Source: Kofleriaceae bacterium (GTDB taxonomy: Bacteria; Myxococcota_A; Polyangia; Haliangiales; Haliangiaceae). From it: a stretch of DNA of 64,000 bases. Where the stretch lies: assembly GCA_048500355.1 (NCBI GenBank), contig JASNYD010000004.1, positions 192,001 through 256,000 on the forward strand, read 5' to 3'. A model generated the notes under the pieces. The model made no database searches. It was not told the DNA's origin and saw only the letters and a program-made list of their open reading frames with translations. Positions within the stretch are counted from its first letter, which is position 1, and each line of letters starts with the position of its first letter. Below are positions 62,305 through 64,000 of the stretch, piece after piece. The position numbers and the translations under genes were made by a program.

Positions 62305-63325
62305 GTACGATCCTTCACGGCGAGGCCCTCTGGACCGAGCTTCGTCGCCGCGCGCAGGCGAGCAAGCGGTTGGACGCCGTCGTCAGTTACATAGGCGGCA
62401 CCCGGCGAAGCTCATCAAGTGGCCCGCTCGATCGAGTGTCATCTGCGACTTGTCGCCCATGACCGTGGAGCGAGGGGCTTCGTCCGCGCGCGGCGCCCGC
62501 GAGCTCGTCGCAAAGAAGGTGGCCCTCTTTTCTCTCCCGGGCCTTCACGCGAAGGTCTACATCTTCGACGACAGCGCAATCGTGGCATCCGCGAACTTGT
62601 CGTCGCACTCGTCGGTCCTCATCGAGGCCGGAGTCCTTGTCACGTCTCGACAGGAACTTCGCGCGCTGCGTGCATTCGCGAATCAGGCTCGAGGCCGCGC
62701 GTTGCCGGTCGGTGACGATACCTACCTCAAGGAACTCGCGAAACGCGAACCGAAACACCTCGCGCCTCCGTCGCTGCCACGCCCACACGTCGGCACATCG
62801 CCGAAGATCGCGTTCACGGAGGGCGACGATGTTTGGGTGTGCACGTGCCAGCCCGACAAGAAGGAGACCAAGGCAGAGCGGAAGGCTAAGGCGCGCCACG
62901 CGACAGACCTTTCCGAAGTACATGGCCTGCCCGACGAGAGCTCGGTCGAATGGATAAACGGGTGCACCTCGGAGACGAAGCGCGCCCTCGCCGAGTTCCA
63001 CTACTGTTTCTATTGGTGGAAGCCGGCACCGGGTGAATGGAAGACCACCTACGGGTACCTCGATGGGCCTTGGCAATCACTCGGCGGCCTCGATCTGGGG
63101 AAGCAGTTCGGGGACCGGCGGTACTGCGTCCCCAACGTGAAGCGACGACGGCGAATGATTCGTATCGACCGCGAGCGCCTCGAGGTCCTGGCGGATGCCC
63201 TGGGTCGGACCATCCCCGCTGATCCGCGAGACCTGTGGCATCTCATCGACAAGGGACCTGCGCCTGCGAAGCTGAGCCGCAAAGGGATCGCGACACTGAT
63301 CGGGTTGATGAGGGAATCGAGGTAA
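62301..63325 (+). pseudogene. PLD-family (single HKD motif) nuclease, interrupted by a frameshift near 62400. This may be a genuine pseudogene or a sequencing indel.
   Basis: An ATG at 62301 overlaps the upstream TGA (ATGA) and encodes MSTILHGEALWTELRRRAQASKRLDAVVSYIGG. The frame then closes at 62460. The -1 frame continues from ~62402 as PAKLIKWPARSSVICDLSPMTVERGAS...LHAKVYIFDDSAIVASANLS (HxK...D...SANLS motif) to 63325. The track reports only the TTG-initiated 62450..63325 ORF. Confidence 0.5.
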
Positions 63326-63425
63326 GCGAGCTCCGAGACTCCGAGCTACCGATCTCGACGCCGACGACGAACGGCACGAGAATTGACTGACTCGAATGGG
63401 CGCACCGAATCATCAGAGCTGAACC

Positions 63426-63935
63426 ATGCTGGAACAACTTTCGGCCGTCGAGGACGAGCTCCGGACCCTCCTGGCGGAGGCGGATCCTTGGCAGTCGCTC
63501 CGCATCGACTACCATCCGCCGGTCGTGGAACGCGTGTGGCGACCGTGGCGCGACCTCCGCTTGTCGCTTCATCGCATTCATCCCTGTGGTCCAGGCGAGG
63601 CGCTACTGCACCCGCATCCGTGGCCATCAGCCGTGTTGATCATCGAAGGGGAGTACGAGATGGGAGTGACGTACGGTGCAGGTTCGTCGCCGCCGCCGCT
63701 TGGGGCTCGCATCGTTCTCGGCCCTGGAGCGCGCTACGAGATGACTGAGCCGGATGCTTGGCACTACGTCCGCCCGCTCGGCCGGCCGAGCCTCTCGATC
63801 ATGGTGACGGGCGCCCCGTGGTCGCGGGCCATGCCCCTCGAGCCCGAGCATCCCCTCAAGCCGATGAAGGATGCCGAAAGGAATCAACTGATCGCCGCGT
63901 TCGCATTGGCGCTGTCCGCTCGAGGCTCGACGTGA
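63426..63935 (+). CDS. Cupin-domain protein (ChrR-like cupin).
   Basis: IDYHPPVVERVWRPW...LHRIHPCGPGEALLHPHPWPSAVLIIEGEYEM pattern. Lower GC. Last gene before the window end. Confidence 0.5.
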   Translation: MLEQLSAVEDELRTLLAEADPWQSLRIDYHPPVVERVWRPWRDLRLSLHRIHPCGPGEALLHPHPWPSAVLIIEGEYEMGVTYGAGSSPPPLGARIVLGPGARYEMTEPDAWHYVRPLGRPSLSIMVTGAPWSRAMPLEPEHPLKPMKDAERNQLIAAFALALSARGST

Positions 63936-64000
63936 GCCCGACCCGACCCCGGGGCAAACGCGCGGACCGGGCAATGTCTCGTCGATGTCGGGAACGCTCT

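Noticed and set aside
62450-63325. A TTG-initiated 291-aa ORF, considered as the complete PLD nuclease gene.
   Set aside because: It lacks the conserved N-terminal segment, which is encoded in another frame from an ATG at 62301 overlapping the upstream stop. The gene is therefore treated as frameshifted (pseudogene or indel).
63383-63425. A TTGACT -35-like hexamer upstream of the cupin gene, considered as a promoter.
   Set aside because: No acceptable -10 hexamer lies at 16-19 nt spacing. It is too weak to report as a feature.

Overview
The window is high-GC (~70%) chromosomal DNA, probably from a myxobacterium or similar organism. It has two parts.

Positions 1-22 kb carry ordinary housekeeping genes: prs (PRPP synthetase), a secreted alpha/beta hydrolase, cobB (Sir2 deacetylase), an MFS transporter, an OYE-family flavin oxidoreductase, bcp (peroxiredoxin), a TPM-domain protein, the pntA-pntB transhydrogenase operon with a coupled DUF3365 gene, and aat (Leu/Phe-tRNA protein transferase). 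This part ends in a repeat-rich leader, a promoter, tRNA-Val(TAC), tRNA-Asp(GTC) and an intrinsic terminator.

Immediately downstream of tRNA-Asp (~22.2 kb) an integrated prophage-like element begins and runs to the end of the window. In order it contains:
- a lower-GC XRE regulator preceded by a ~21-bp-periodic GCGTGAC repeat array;
- an integration module on the minus strand (DUF2924 protein, large serine recombinase, small HTH protein);
- a minus-strand contractile-tail and head module: tail fiber, head-morphogenesis protein, PBSX-family portal, baseplate gpI/J/W/V, gpD, LysM gpX, a gpU-like protein, tape measure protein, a tail assembly chaperone with a candidate -1 frameshift, Amidase_2 endolysin, tail tube, tail sheath, head-tail connector, major capsid protein, scaffold, a Dam methyltransferase fused to an XkdF-like prohead-protease domain, and an Hjc-like nuclease;
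- a plus-strand early/replication module: FHA protein, zinc-finger/Toprim primase, RepA-like AAA ATPase, an iteron-like ACCTGTTCC/GGAACAGGT repeat block, and an SF2 helicase;
- a lower-GC accessory operon at 59.3-63.9 kb.

That accessory operon encodes a small zinc-ribbon protein, an 858-aa protein (central SEC-C zinc motif, helical repeats, coiled coil, C-terminal RelE/ParE-like domain), a single-HKD PLD-family nuclease interrupted by a frameshift, and a ChrR-like cupin protein. I consider it a candidate prophage-borne anti-phage defence system; this rests on domain content and context, and I know of no described system with this composition.

No terminase is recognisable in the window, and the portal and head-morphogenesis genes sit between the baseplate and tail-fiber genes.

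The many very long Arg/Pro/Ala-rich ORFs in the supplied six-frame track are treated as GC-driven artefacts. All coordinates were read by eye and may be off by 1-3 nt.
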